A stretch of DNA of 42,225 nt from an uncultured Dehalococcoidales bacterium (GTDB lineage: Bacteria; Chloroflexota; Dehalococcoidia; GIF9; AB-539-J10). The notes beneath the pieces are model-generated. The model worked only from the letters and a program-made list of their open reading frames with translations, had not been told where the DNA came from and ran no database searches. Below are positions 27,001-33,921 of the stretch, in pieces. The translations under genes and the position numbers were made by a program. The stretch covers positions 1-42,225 of the forward strand of contig CAZKHH010000003.1 of assembly GCA_964552485.1 (NCBI GenBank). The letters are read 5' to 3'. The stretch's first letter is position 1; each line of letters opens with the position of its first letter.

Positions 27001-27183
27001 CTTGATGCCCTCTCGCTCGCATGCCTTCGAGAAGCGAACAGCGCCGTAGAGGCCATCATGGTCGGTGAGCGCCAACGCAGGCATCCCGAGTTCAGCCGCG
27101 CGACCCGCAAGCTCCTCGGGCAGAGACGCACCGTCGAGGAATGAGAACGCCGAATGACAATGAAGTTCCACGTAATCGTTCAT
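24055..27183 (-). CDS. dnaE2: Error-prone DNA polymerase DnaE2 (ImuC)
   Basis: 1042 aa. The PHP N-terminus YVELHCHSAFSFLDGASLPEELAGRAAELGMPALALTDHDGLYG is the DnaE2-type signature. The context with imuB and lexA agrees. Confidence 0.9.
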   Translation of the reverse strand: MNDYVELHCHSAFSFLDGASLPEELAGRAAELGMPALALTDHDGLYGAVRFSKACEREGIKPIIGAELTIEDGYHITLLALDNRGYAGLSRIITAAQLSGSKGNAVVSWRTLADHAAGLACLSGCREGELSRLLRGGLSDRAREAVPRYVEVFGRDNFFIELQNTLYPDDMWLCDALVEVARECGVGYVATNNVHYARKEDHRLHDVLTCIRTRTTLEECPDLKLNGEFYLKSHRDMVTLFSSYPEAVRATVELAGRCNVSMEFSCYRFPDFSLPEGETARSYLEDLCRKNIVERYREPTPEALARVEQELDLIHRLDLSGYFLIVWDIMEYARQHDIPAQGRGSAANSIVAYLLGITKVDPIKNRLFLGRFLNEEMSSVPDIDIDVSTAHREDLIQYVYRTYGKERAAMVCTFVTFQARNALREVGKVLGIPPHVIDRLARSISWYGYGPRNVHGELSSIDEFDTYFDRFPFQEFLSICSRLEDFPRHVSIHNGGMLISSCPLSDMVPLERATMPGRIVCQWDKDSVADAGLIKIDLLGLRMLSLLDEARILIEKNHGVTLDLDNLPQDDASVYDMICRCDTIGVFQIESRAQMQTLPRTRPRSIEDLTIEVSIVRPGPIQGNMVHPYIQRRNGLEKVTCLHPKLEPILSETLGVILFQEQVIQSAIAIADFTAGEADQLRRAMSRKRSHEAVMKLKGRFLQGAMANDVDAESAERVFASLEGFAQYGFCKSHAAGFALICYQSAWLKRHYPVEFYCALLNNQPMGFYRPEVVVHDAQRHGIRVLSVDVNKSDSVCCVEDGNVRLGFAYVKELGVKARTMLAEERKMGAFRSLDDFYFRTGLGNAVVENLILAGAFDGWGQSRRNLVWRLGMLEKCSPGELPFDSCASDVSLPAMSDLEEMRCDYSVQEMSTIHHPMRVLRERLMGNKVVNSTDLEKLEDGVHVGIAGYVIMKQRPPTAKGFAFITMEDEYGAINVVIRPDVYERFRQVCIFNPVLLIEGTLQKKNGTINVRAEIISPVRADGDSSPGPRARRVRAPTSAR

Positions 27184-27203
27184 GGTAGAACCATCGCGAC
27201 ATC

Positions 27204-27461
27204 CTAGTCATGGACTCGCTGCAGGTGCCAGTTCCCGGTTACCAGGTCACGAAACAGCTCGCAGATGATGCCTCCTTCAAGCCTGACTCTGTAGTAGTCG
27301 CGTTCTACGGGACTCTTCCACCACTCCTGGCTTACGCGCCACCGGGCAAGAACATCTTCCACCCGGCGCGTACGCGCTCCGTATATGACGTGCTGTGGTT
27401 CGTAATCATCAGACTCAATGACCTGCAGAAGCCGTGTCTCCCATGAGAGCTTGTTCATCAT
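27204..27461 (-). CDS. Stand-alone 85-aa protein resembling the extreme C-terminal module of ImuB
   Basis: MMNKLSWETRLLQVIESDDYEPQHVIYGARTRRVEDVLARWRVSQEWWKSPVERDYYRVRLEGGIICELFRDLVTGNWHLQRVHD. Its start overlaps the imuB-core stop (ATGA), with SD-like GGTGAG just upstream. The EWW...RDYYRV...LFRD...WxLxxV pattern matches what I recall of ImuB C-termini. Confidence 0.6.
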   Translation of the reverse strand: MMNKLSWETRLLQVIESDDYEPQHVIYGARTRRVEDVLARWRVSQEWWKSPVERDYYRVRLEGGIICELFRDLVTGNWHLQRVHD

Positions 27462-28642
27462 CTCTCACCATCGCAGGCGGCAAACATGAACTGCTCCTCC
27501 GGAGCCCTGCCCGTTCTTCTGATCACTACCCTCTTCACAATATCCCGTCCGTACCGTTCTTGCAGCCGGCGGACTGTCTCCTGCAATTGACTGCTCCCCC
27601 GACGGTGAGTGTGGAGAAAGGACGATTGTCTTCCAGATTCGGCGCTCAAGCCCGAGACTTCAAGACTGAATTCTTCGACGGGAGCCTGCAGGTCCAGCCT
27701 TTCTATACAGGCCGAGACGCGTCCTCTCATAGCTTCGCGGGACGAGACGGGCTCCTTAAACCGCACGACTTCCCGTTCAACGGCCCCATCTTCAAGGCGC
27801 AGCGTGACCGTCAACGTACGGCAACACTGCCACCGTTTATCCAGCTCGCGACATGTCGAGTCGAGAGCATCTTCAGCAGCCTCTTCCAATTCTTCTTTAT
27901 CCTCGACCGGTATGTCGAACGACTGTGTCTGGACAAATTCATTGTCATCGCGCCACTCCCCCACCTGTGCATTGTCGACGCCTCGTGCAAGGTCACACAA
28001 CATGCGTCCTTCGGCGCCGAACTGTGCCTCGACGGCTCCCCGCGGCAACAGGAGCATCTCTCCTACCGTCGAAATACCGAACAGCTGCAATTTACGCACC
28101 GAGTTGTCAGACACCGGCAGATACTCGAGGGGCAGGTCACGGAGAAAACGCTGCTCTTCACCCTCACGGATAACGAGAACGCTGCCGGACTCAGCCTCGC
28201 TGGACGCAACCGCAGCCACGAAGCGTGAAGACGCTATACCGGAGGCAGCACGGAACCCGGCATCCTGTACGGCTGCGAGTGTACTCCCGACAAAACGAAC
28301 CGCATCTGTCTCATACCTGAGACCGAGAAACACGTGGTCGGGAGGACCTGGCTCAACGAGAGGGCAGAGGCGACCGAGAAGAGACACAATACTGTTGAGA
28401 GAGCTGCGACTCTTCTCCTCGCTCCAGGGACGGAACACGCCACCTGAGCAGAGCGAATACGCCTGGCGCAGCGGAATTCCGGGAACAACACCATAAGCCT
28501 CCGCCTCTTCGGAGACATCGTAGACCCTGCCTGTGTCGCGGCAATAACTCCCGAGTATGAGAGGTTTCCCGGCGAGTGCAGGTTCCTCGTGCTGTTCAAC
28601 CTGGACAGCAAATCGAGGCATGTATACGCATGCGATTCTCAT
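27458..28642 (-). CDS. imuB: ImuB-like catalytically inactive Y-family polymerase core
   Basis: MRIACVYMPRFAVQVE occupies the position of the DinB VDMDxFFAxVE motif, with both Asp replaced (by Y and P). Y-family fold length of about 394 aa. It lies 2-17 nt downstream of the lexA stop. ATG 28642; the track start is TTG 28657. Confidence 0.75.
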   Translation of the reverse strand: MRIACVYMPRFAVQVEQHEEPALAGKPLILGSYCRDTGRVYDVSEEAEAYGVVPGIPLRQAYSLCSGGVFRPWSEEKSRSSLNSIVSLLGRLCPLVEPGPPDHVFLGLRYETDAVRFVGSTLAAVQDAGFRAASGIASSRFVAAVASSEAESGSVLVIREGEEQRFLRDLPLEYLPVSDNSVRKLQLFGISTVGEMLLLPRGAVEAQFGAEGRMLCDLARGVDNAQVGEWRDDNEFVQTQSFDIPVEDKEELEEAAEDALDSTCRELDKRWQCCRTLTVTLRLEDGAVEREVVRFKEPVSSREAMRGRVSACIERLDLQAPVEEFSLEVSGLSAESGRQSSFLHTHRRGSSQLQETVRRLQERYGRDIVKRVVIRRTGRAPEEQFMFAACDGER

Positions 28643-28659
28643 GGGACACTTCCGCAAAG

Positions 28660-29292
28660 TCAGGAGACAAGGCTGCGAATCACCGCCACAATCCTGCCCT
28701 GGACTTCAACGTTATCAGGGTCCACGTAGAGCGGCTCCACCTGTCGGTTTGCGGGCTGCAGCCTCACACGGTCGCCATCGCGGTAGATGCGCTTGAGGGT
28801 CACTTCGTGTTCATCCTTGAGCCACACGGCTACCATATCGCCGTCCACAGCAGCGGAAACAGCCTCCATGATGACGATATCGCCATCCATAATGCAGGCA
28901 TCAATCATGGACCGGCCGCGCACGCGGAGCGCAAAGAGATTCCGGCTATCACCCACCACTTCACGCGTCAGCGTCAGCATCTCCTCAGCCTCCGTTGTCC
29001 AATTCTCGGACTCCGGCACCGGAATGGGTGTTCCAGCCGCTATCGTACCGAGAAGCGGGATCTCAATATTGTTGCCCTGTACAAGTTGGATGCTACGAAA
29101 TATACCGGGCTCGCGGCGCAGCACGCCCTGCTTCTCAAGGACATTGAGGTGATATTGAACAAGGTTGGGAGAGCTGAGGCTACATCCTTCAACGATATCG
29201 CTCACAGATGGCGAGTAGCCTTTGTCCGCGATAAACGACTGAACAAATGCAAGTATCCTCTCTCTCGTCCTGCCTGAACCCGCTCCGGTCAT
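28660..29292 (-). CDS. lexA: LexA repressor
   Basis: N-terminal wHTH (RERILAFVQSFIADKGYSPSVSDIVEGCSLSSPNLVQYHLNVLEKQG). Ala-Gly cleavage site in LLGTIAAGTPI. Catalytic Ser in VRGRSM and Lys in EVTLKR. Confidence 0.92.
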   Translation of the reverse strand: MTGAGSGRTRERILAFVQSFIADKGYSPSVSDIVEGCSLSSPNLVQYHLNVLEKQGVLRREPGIFRSIQLVQGNNIEIPLLGTIAAGTPIPVPESENWTTEAEEMLTLTREVVGDSRNLFALRVRGRSMIDACIMDGDIVIMEAVSAAVDGDMVAVWLKDEHEVTLKRIYRDGDRVRLQPANRQVEPLYVDPDNVEVQGRIVAVIRSLVS

Positions 29293-29313
29293 TGCCTGGC
29301 ACCTCTCAATAAT

Positions 29314-29331
29314 GTTGTATGAATATACAAC
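29314..29331 (-). promoter_or_regulatory. Candidate LexA operator (SOS box)
   Basis: GTTGTAT-GAAT-ATACAAC is a perfect 7-4-7 palindrome that overlaps the -10 hexamer of the lexA promoter, 22 nt upstream of the lexA ATG. Confidence 0.5.
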
Positions 29332-29350
29332 TACATGAGGCCGACGTCAA
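29322..29350 (-). promoter_or_regulatory. Putative sigma70-like promoter of the lexA-imuB-dnaE2 operon
   Basis: Minus strand TTGACG (29350-29345), N17, TATATT (29327-29322). SD GAGAGGTG follows before the ATG. Confidence 0.5.
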
Positions 29351-29395
29351 GCACAAAAAACTGACACGGAGAAAAGCAAGGACGATGGCTGAGAA

Positions 29396-29680
29396 CTACC
29401 GGACGTCCTGGAGAGCGTGCGAGAGAAACCGCTCGAACTGCCCTTCCTCATCCGCCACCGAGGGTATCGATGAAGAATAGACCGTACGCCCGTTTTCGCG
29501 ACGAGACTTGACAAGCCCTCCACGCCGGAGCACCTGCACGTGATATGCAACAGTCCGACGCGATACGCCGAGCGAGTCCTGCAACTCGGCCGACGAACGA
29601 GGCCCGTCCTGCAGCAGTTTAAGGACACGCAGACGGGTATCTGCTGAGAGCGCCCTGACCACGTTTACTATGTCCCGCAT
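29396..29680 (-). CDS. ArsR/SmtB family transcriptional regulator
   Basis: LSADTRLRVLKLLQDGPRSSAELQDSLGVSRRTVAYHVQVLRRGGLV. There are no Cys residues in the usual alpha3 metal site. Confidence 0.85.
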   Translation of the reverse strand: MRDIVNVVRALSADTRLRVLKLLQDGPRSSAELQDSLGVSRRTVAYHVQVLRRGGLVKSRRENGRTVYSSSIPSVADEEGQFERFLSHALQDVR

Positions 29681-29693
29681 GACGAACGATGCC

Positions 29694-29712
29694 AGTCACA
29701 ATACCAGTGACT
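29694..29712. promoter_or_regulatory. Inverted repeat, candidate ArsR operator
   Basis: AGTCAC-N7-GTGACT lies 14 nt upstream of the arsR ATG, in the region it shares divergently with the small-membrane-protein/ybjQ operon. Confidence 0.4.
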
Positions 29713-29915
29713 CGCTACCTATGCTACTTCACGGATTGGCATACGTCAATCGCACAACCTCACACAATAGCAATATTGGCCCGAAATGAACAATCGAGCT
29801 TTCAACGGATTTAGTAGACAGGAGCCAGGAAGTGCACATTCTGAACTGCGCACGGCCCACGGTGATGACTAATACACAGAGGTCGCGTACCATTACTCAG
29901 GAGGGAGCAACAACC

Positions 29916-30128
29916 ATGCAGAAGATTGGCTACGGGCTCATCGGAGTGGGCATCCTCGCACTCGCAATATGGGCGGGAGTACAATTCCTATCGGATCCCG
30001 AGGTGGGAACATTCGTCAAGGTCACCATCGCCGCCATCGTCACCGGTGTGCTCGTACTTCTCGGCACGGTGCTGCGCGACCGTATCAGGGCATCAAGAAA
30101 CGATAAGCTCAAGGGAGTACAAAGATGA
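29916..30128 (+). CDS. Small two-TM membrane protein
   Basis: MQKIGYGLIGVGILALAIWAGVQF...VKVTIAAIVTGVLVLLGTVL followed by a basic tail. ATG 29916 is preceded by AGGAGGGAG. Alternative GTG 29832 has AGGAG 7 nt upstream. The stop overlaps the ybjQ start (ATGA). Confidence 0.55.
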   Translation: MQKIGYGLIGVGILALAIWAGVQFLSDPEVGTFVKVTIAAIVTGVLVLLGTVLRDRIRASRNDKLKGVQR

Positions 30129-30439
30129 TTGTTGTCACTACCGCAAGCATCACCGGCAAGGAAATCGTCCAAACCATGGGCTGGGCAAAAGGAAGCACGA
30201 TCCGTGCACGCCATATCGGAAAGGACATAGTAGCTCTGCTTCGGAACCTGGTGGGAGGAGAGGTTAGCGAATACACGAAAATGATGGCGGAATCGCGTGA
30301 AGAGGCTGTCCAGCGAATGATTGAAGATGCCGAGGCGCAGGGCGCCAACGCCATCATCGGGCTGAGGTTCACCACTTCAATGGTGATGCAGAATGCGGCC
30401 GAGATACTCGCCTACGGAACGGCTGTAGTGGTGAAGTAG
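30125..30439 (+). CDS. YbjQ/UPF0145 family protein (putative heavy-metal-binding domain)
   Basis: MIVVTTASITGKEIVQTMGWAKGSTIRARHIGKDIVALLRNLVGGEVSEYTKMMAESREEAVQRMIEDAEAQGANAIIGLRF is the family signature. Confidence 0.88.
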   Translation: MIVVTTASITGKEIVQTMGWAKGSTIRARHIGKDIVALLRNLVGGEVSEYTKMMAESREEAVQRMIEDAEAQGANAIIGLRFTTSMVMQNAAEILAYGTAVVVK

Positions 30440-30450
30440 CTTCGGGCCAT

Positions 30451-30951
30451 TTACCCCGCCAGCCCGAGATAGATGAGTGCCCCGTACCCGATAACGAACA
30501 GGCCCACGCCGCCGACAATAGCTGCTCTTGGAAACCCCCGCACGGTATAGCCGCTGGTGGCGAAGAAGATCATCTTGGCGATATCCCCGGCCATCATGAA
30601 CGCTGCGTAGAAGACGACGGCGGCACTCCCTGTGAGCCCCGACATGAGGGATAGATACATGGTCCAGTGAGCGAGGTCGTTGAATACCACAAACACGACC
30701 GACACCAGTTCCCTCTGCTGCAGTCTGTCCACTATCGCAACGGCGAGAGCGATGGCCATCCACATCAGAATCCGGGACTGTGTGCCTGCCGGACCTGCCG
30801 GACGCGCAAGCTCGCCTGCCTGGAAACTGGTCACGAACGTCACGAGGGCGATCACAACAGCGATAGCCTTGAGACCCGTCTCCACCTTCTCAAGTCTGCT
30901 CATGCCGGCGACATACCAATTCCTGGCACCGCCGTGGTAATCATGGCTCAT
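30451..30951 (-). CDS. Polytopic membrane protein of unknown function
   Basis: Four or five predicted hydrophobic helices and no recognisable motif. ATG 30951 is preceded by GGAGAGGTG. It follows the DUF1295 gene directly. Confidence 0.55.
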   Translation of the reverse strand: MSHDYHGGARNWYVAGMSRLEKVETGLKAIAVVIALVTFVTSFQAGELARPAGPAGTQSRILMWMAIALAVAIVDRLQQRELVSVVFVVFNDLAHWTMYLSLMSGLTGSAAVVFYAAFMMAGDIAKMIFFATSGYTVRGFPRAAIVGGVGLFVIGYGALIYLGLAG

Positions 30952-30975
30952 CCGGCACCTCTCCACAATGCGATG

Positions 30976-31764
30976 TCACGCAGCTTCAGTGCGTTTAGGT
31001 AACCATGGCAAGAACTTGCTTGTTCGACGTGCGTACTCTCTGTATTCCGGCTTTTCCATCATGGATTTCTCGAGCAAGGGTACACCCGAATAGAACAAGA
31101 TAAGGCTTGTGATCGTGATTGGGCCGACCACGGAGACCCACCCCCACGGCACTGAAAGCGCGATGACGAAGAGGCCCCACCACTGCGTGACTTCGCCGAA
31201 GTAGTTCGGGTGTCTCGTGTAGCGCCACAGCCCTTTGTCCATCACCTTCCCGCGGTTGGATTTGTCCGCCAGGAACATATCGAGCTGGTGGTCGCCAACG
31301 GCTTCAAACAGGAATCCGATGAGCCAGACCATGAGACCGACGATGTCCAGCCAGCCAAGCGCAGGGCCACCGTAGGCGTTTACAACCAGTATCGGCGCAG
31401 AGATGAGCAGCATCATCAAACCCTGTCCGAAAAAGACAAACAGGTACGCGGTTCGTCGCCAGTGCTCTCCCCATTTCTCACGCCATTCCTTGTAACGGAA
31501 ATCCTCTCCTTTACCGCGGTTCCTTCTGTAGATGCGCGCAGCAAGGCGCAGACCCCACACCATCACCAGTGCGAGCACGAGCACCTGGCGTGCGCCAATC
31601 TCACCCGGGAACCCGAGGGTCACAATCGCGACGAGGATGAATCCCAACCCCCATCCCACATCCGCAATGCTGTTATCTCTCATCCGCAGAGCGAGGACGA
31701 ACATGCAGTTCATGAAGACGGCGATGGTGATGAACGCGACAAGAACAGTATCGAGCAATGCCAC
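30976..31764 (-). CDS. DUF1295 / steroid 5-alpha-reductase-like membrane protein
   Basis: KGLWRYTRHPNYFGEVTQWWGLFVIAL motif in a multi-TM protein. GTG 31764 lies 7 nt after AAGGAGG; the track start is GTG 31770. Confidence 0.8.
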   Translation of the reverse strand: MALLDTVLVAFITIAVFMNCMFVLALRMRDNSIADVGWGLGFILVAIVTLGFPGEIGARQVLVLALVMVWGLRLAARIYRRNRGKGEDFRYKEWREKWGEHWRRTAYLFVFFGQGLMMLLISAPILVVNAYGGPALGWLDIVGLMVWLIGFLFEAVGDHQLDMFLADKSNRGKVMDKGLWRYTRHPNYFGEVTQWWGLFVIALSVPWGWVSVVGPITITSLILFYSGVPLLEKSMMEKPEYREYARRTSKFLPWLPKRTEAA

Positions 31765-31785
31765 TGCCACACCTCCTTATTTCAG

Positions 31786-32616
31786 TCAGACATGCCTGCG
31801 CCCTGCAATCACAATCATGCCGGGGCCACCGTGCACACCAAGAGCAGCACCCATTTCGAACACGTGCACCGGAGTGTCACCCACACGCGCAATGACTCTC
31901 TCGACGAACGGATCAAGCTCCTCGGCATACGTGCTATGTGAAACGGCCACCTCAGCAACCGGACTCAGGCCATCGAGAAAGCGCAGAAGCCGGGCCTGTC
32001 CTTCCATACGTGAGCGTACCAATCCGGCCCTGATGATTACCCCATCCCGGAAAGTGAGAACGGGTTTCACGCGAAGAAAGCCGGCAGCAACCGCGATCGC
32101 GGGAGAAATGCGACCTCCTCTCGCGAGGTACTTCATCGTATCGAAGAGAGCCATCATCCTCACCTGTTCGATCGCCTGCCGTGCGGCAGCAACAACTTCT
32201 GACATCGACGCACCCGAACAGGCAGCGCGAGCCGCCTCCATTGTGACAAGTGTGAGTCCTCCGGAATTGAGCCTGGAATCGATGACTTCGACCGGAAGGC
32301 TGTCGGCCACCATGCTTCGAGCAAGCATCGCGGAGTTGTACGTGCCGCTTATCTTAGAGGAGATGTGTATGGAAACGACCCCTTCACATTCCGGAACACG
32401 GGTGTACACGGATGCAAGGTCTTCGGGACCGGGCTGGGCCGTCAGCGGGTGTCCATTACTCACGGGAAGCCGCCGATAGAATTGTGCCGGAGTGAGGGTG
32501 ACACCATCTATGTACGTTTCGTCTCCCCAGCGCACATAGATGGGAACGACCTCGATCCCGAGGGACATTGCCGTATCTCTATCGAGATCCGACGTGCTAT
32601 CGGTGATGACGCGCAC
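31786..32616 (-). CDS. DegV family fatty-acid-binding protein
   Basis: RVITDSTSDLDRDTAMSLGIEVVPIYV... is the DegV signature. The track ORF runs to GTG 32778, but a consensus promoter (32671-32699) and AGGAGG (32634-32639) lie inside it. Candidate starts are GTG 32616 and the non-canonical ATC 32628. Confidence 0.75.
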   Translation of the reverse strand: MRVITDSTSDLDRDTAMSLGIEVVPIYVRWGDETYIDGVTLTPAQFYRRLPVSNGHPLTAQPGPEDLASVYTRVPECEGVVSIHISSKISGTYNSAMLARSMVADSLPVEVIDSRLNSGGLTLVTMEAARAACSGASMSEVVAAARQAIEQVRMMALFDTMKYLARGGRISPAIAVAAGFLRVKPVLTFRDGVIIRAGLVRSRMEGQARLLRFLDGLSPVAEVAVSHSTYAEELDPFVERVIARVGDTPVHVFEMGAALGVHGGPGMIVIAGRRHV

Positions 32617-32670
32617 GCGCTGGGTGATCTCATCCTCCTGCGCCGTCTCAGCCTGCAGCGCAACAATCTG

Positions 32671-32699
32671 ACTGTACGCGCCCCCACACACTGTGTCAA
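32671..32699 (-). promoter_or_regulatory. Putative sigma70-like promoter for degV
   Basis: Minus strand TTGACA (32699-32694), N17, TACAGT (32676-32671). Confidence 0.45.
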
Positions 32700-32778
32700 T
32701 GTCGACAGAAACCGGGCACTCGCATGAAAACGAGGTCGTCACAATACGTGATACGATATTGTTTCTGCGGGCTTGCAC

Positions 32779-32792
32779 GGCTCAAATGAGCC
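32779..32792. promoter_or_regulatory. Inverted repeat in the degV/plsX divergent region
   Basis: GGCTCA-AA-TGAGCC (6-2-6) lies between a weak TTGCAC / TACGAT pair upstream of plsX. Confidence 0.3.
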
Positions 32793-32840
32793 GAGTACGA
32801 TTGCCACCCGTAACGCCATCTTATCCCGGACACGAATGAC

Positions 32841-33914
32841 GTGACACAGCGCGTACGAGTCGCACTTGACGCCGCCGGTGGCGACAATGCTCCGGCCGAC
32901 AGCGTCAAGGGCGCTATTAGAGCTGCTCGCAAGAGCGACGCTGAGATATATCTCGTCGGGCCACCCGATCTGCTTGAGCCCGAGATACAGGCGTGCGGGG
33001 GCCTTCCAAAGAACGTACTCCTCGTTCCATCCGGACCGGCACTGCTGGAAGGAGAACCCGCCACCCACGCGCTCCGGCGTAAGTCGTCGTGCCCGGTAGC
33101 AACCGCGGCGAGGCTGCTGCGCGACCGTGAGGTGGATGCCTTTGTGAGCGCGGGCTCGACCGGAGCGGCTTCAGTCAGCGCCATCTACTACGTGGGCATG
33201 CTTCCCGGCATAGGCCGCCCTGCGGTATGTGTTCCCCTTGTGGGCATGGCTCCCAATACGGTATTGATCGACGGCGGCGCCAACGTCGACTGCAAGCCGA
33301 GTCATATGCTTTCGTTCGGCGCAATAGGGACAGTGTACGCACGCCGCATCCTGAAGGTTGAGAACCCGACCGTGGCGCTGCTCAGCACGGGAACGGAACA
33401 AGGCAAGGGGACCCGTCTGCTGCAGGACAGCTATCCTCTTCTGGAACAGAGCGGCCTCAACTTCGTCGGAAATATCGAGGGCTACGACGTACTCAGTGGC
33501 AAGGCGAACGTCATAGTATGTGATGGCATAGTCGGAAACGTACTGCTCAAGTTCTACGAGAGCATCGGACCTTCCTTCACCAGATGGCTGAGGACCCGGC
33601 TCGACGGGCGGCCACTGGTTGGTGCAGGCCGACGCGTTCTTTGCCAGATTGCCGCATTCACGCAAATCACGCGGGATGAGAGCACGGGAGGAGGACTACT
33701 CTGGGGTGTAAATGGCGTGGTACAGATAATGCACGGCAGTAGCCGCGCGCCTCACTTCGAGCGCGCTATACTGCGCGCTCACGATGCGGTCGCCGCGAAC
33801 GTCGTAGAGGAACTCCACATCGAATTCGCAGCGGTGCAGGAACGTTGCCGGACGTATCTCGAGGCGAGGCCAGCGGGGCCGGAACGTCCGTCGGCACTCA
33901 TACCTACCACGTGA
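32841..33914 (+). CDS. plsX: Phosphate acyltransferase PlsX
   Basis: MTQRVRVALDAAGGDNAP... matches the canonical PlsX N-terminus, and 357 aa is a family-typical length. Confidence 0.9.
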   Translation: MTQRVRVALDAAGGDNAPADSVKGAIRAARKSDAEIYLVGPPDLLEPEIQACGGLPKNVLLVPSGPALLEGEPATHALRRKSSCPVATAARLLRDREVDAFVSAGSTGAASVSAIYYVGMLPGIGRPAVCVPLVGMAPNTVLIDGGANVDCKPSHMLSFGAIGTVYARRILKVENPTVALLSTGTEQGKGTRLLQDSYPLLEQSGLNFVGNIEGYDVLSGKANVIVCDGIVGNVLLKFYESIGPSFTRWLRTRLDGRPLVGAGRRVLCQIAAFTQITRDESTGGGLLWGVNGVVQIMHGSSRAPHFERAILRAHDAVAANVVEELHIEFAAVQERCRTYLEARPAGPERPSALIPTT

Positions 33915-33921
33915 GTATCGA

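Noticed and set aside
32631-32633. ATG immediately abutting the AGGAGG upstream of degV
   Set aside because: It is out of frame with DegV, has zero spacing to the SD, and opens only a 41-aa Arg/Ser-rich ORF.
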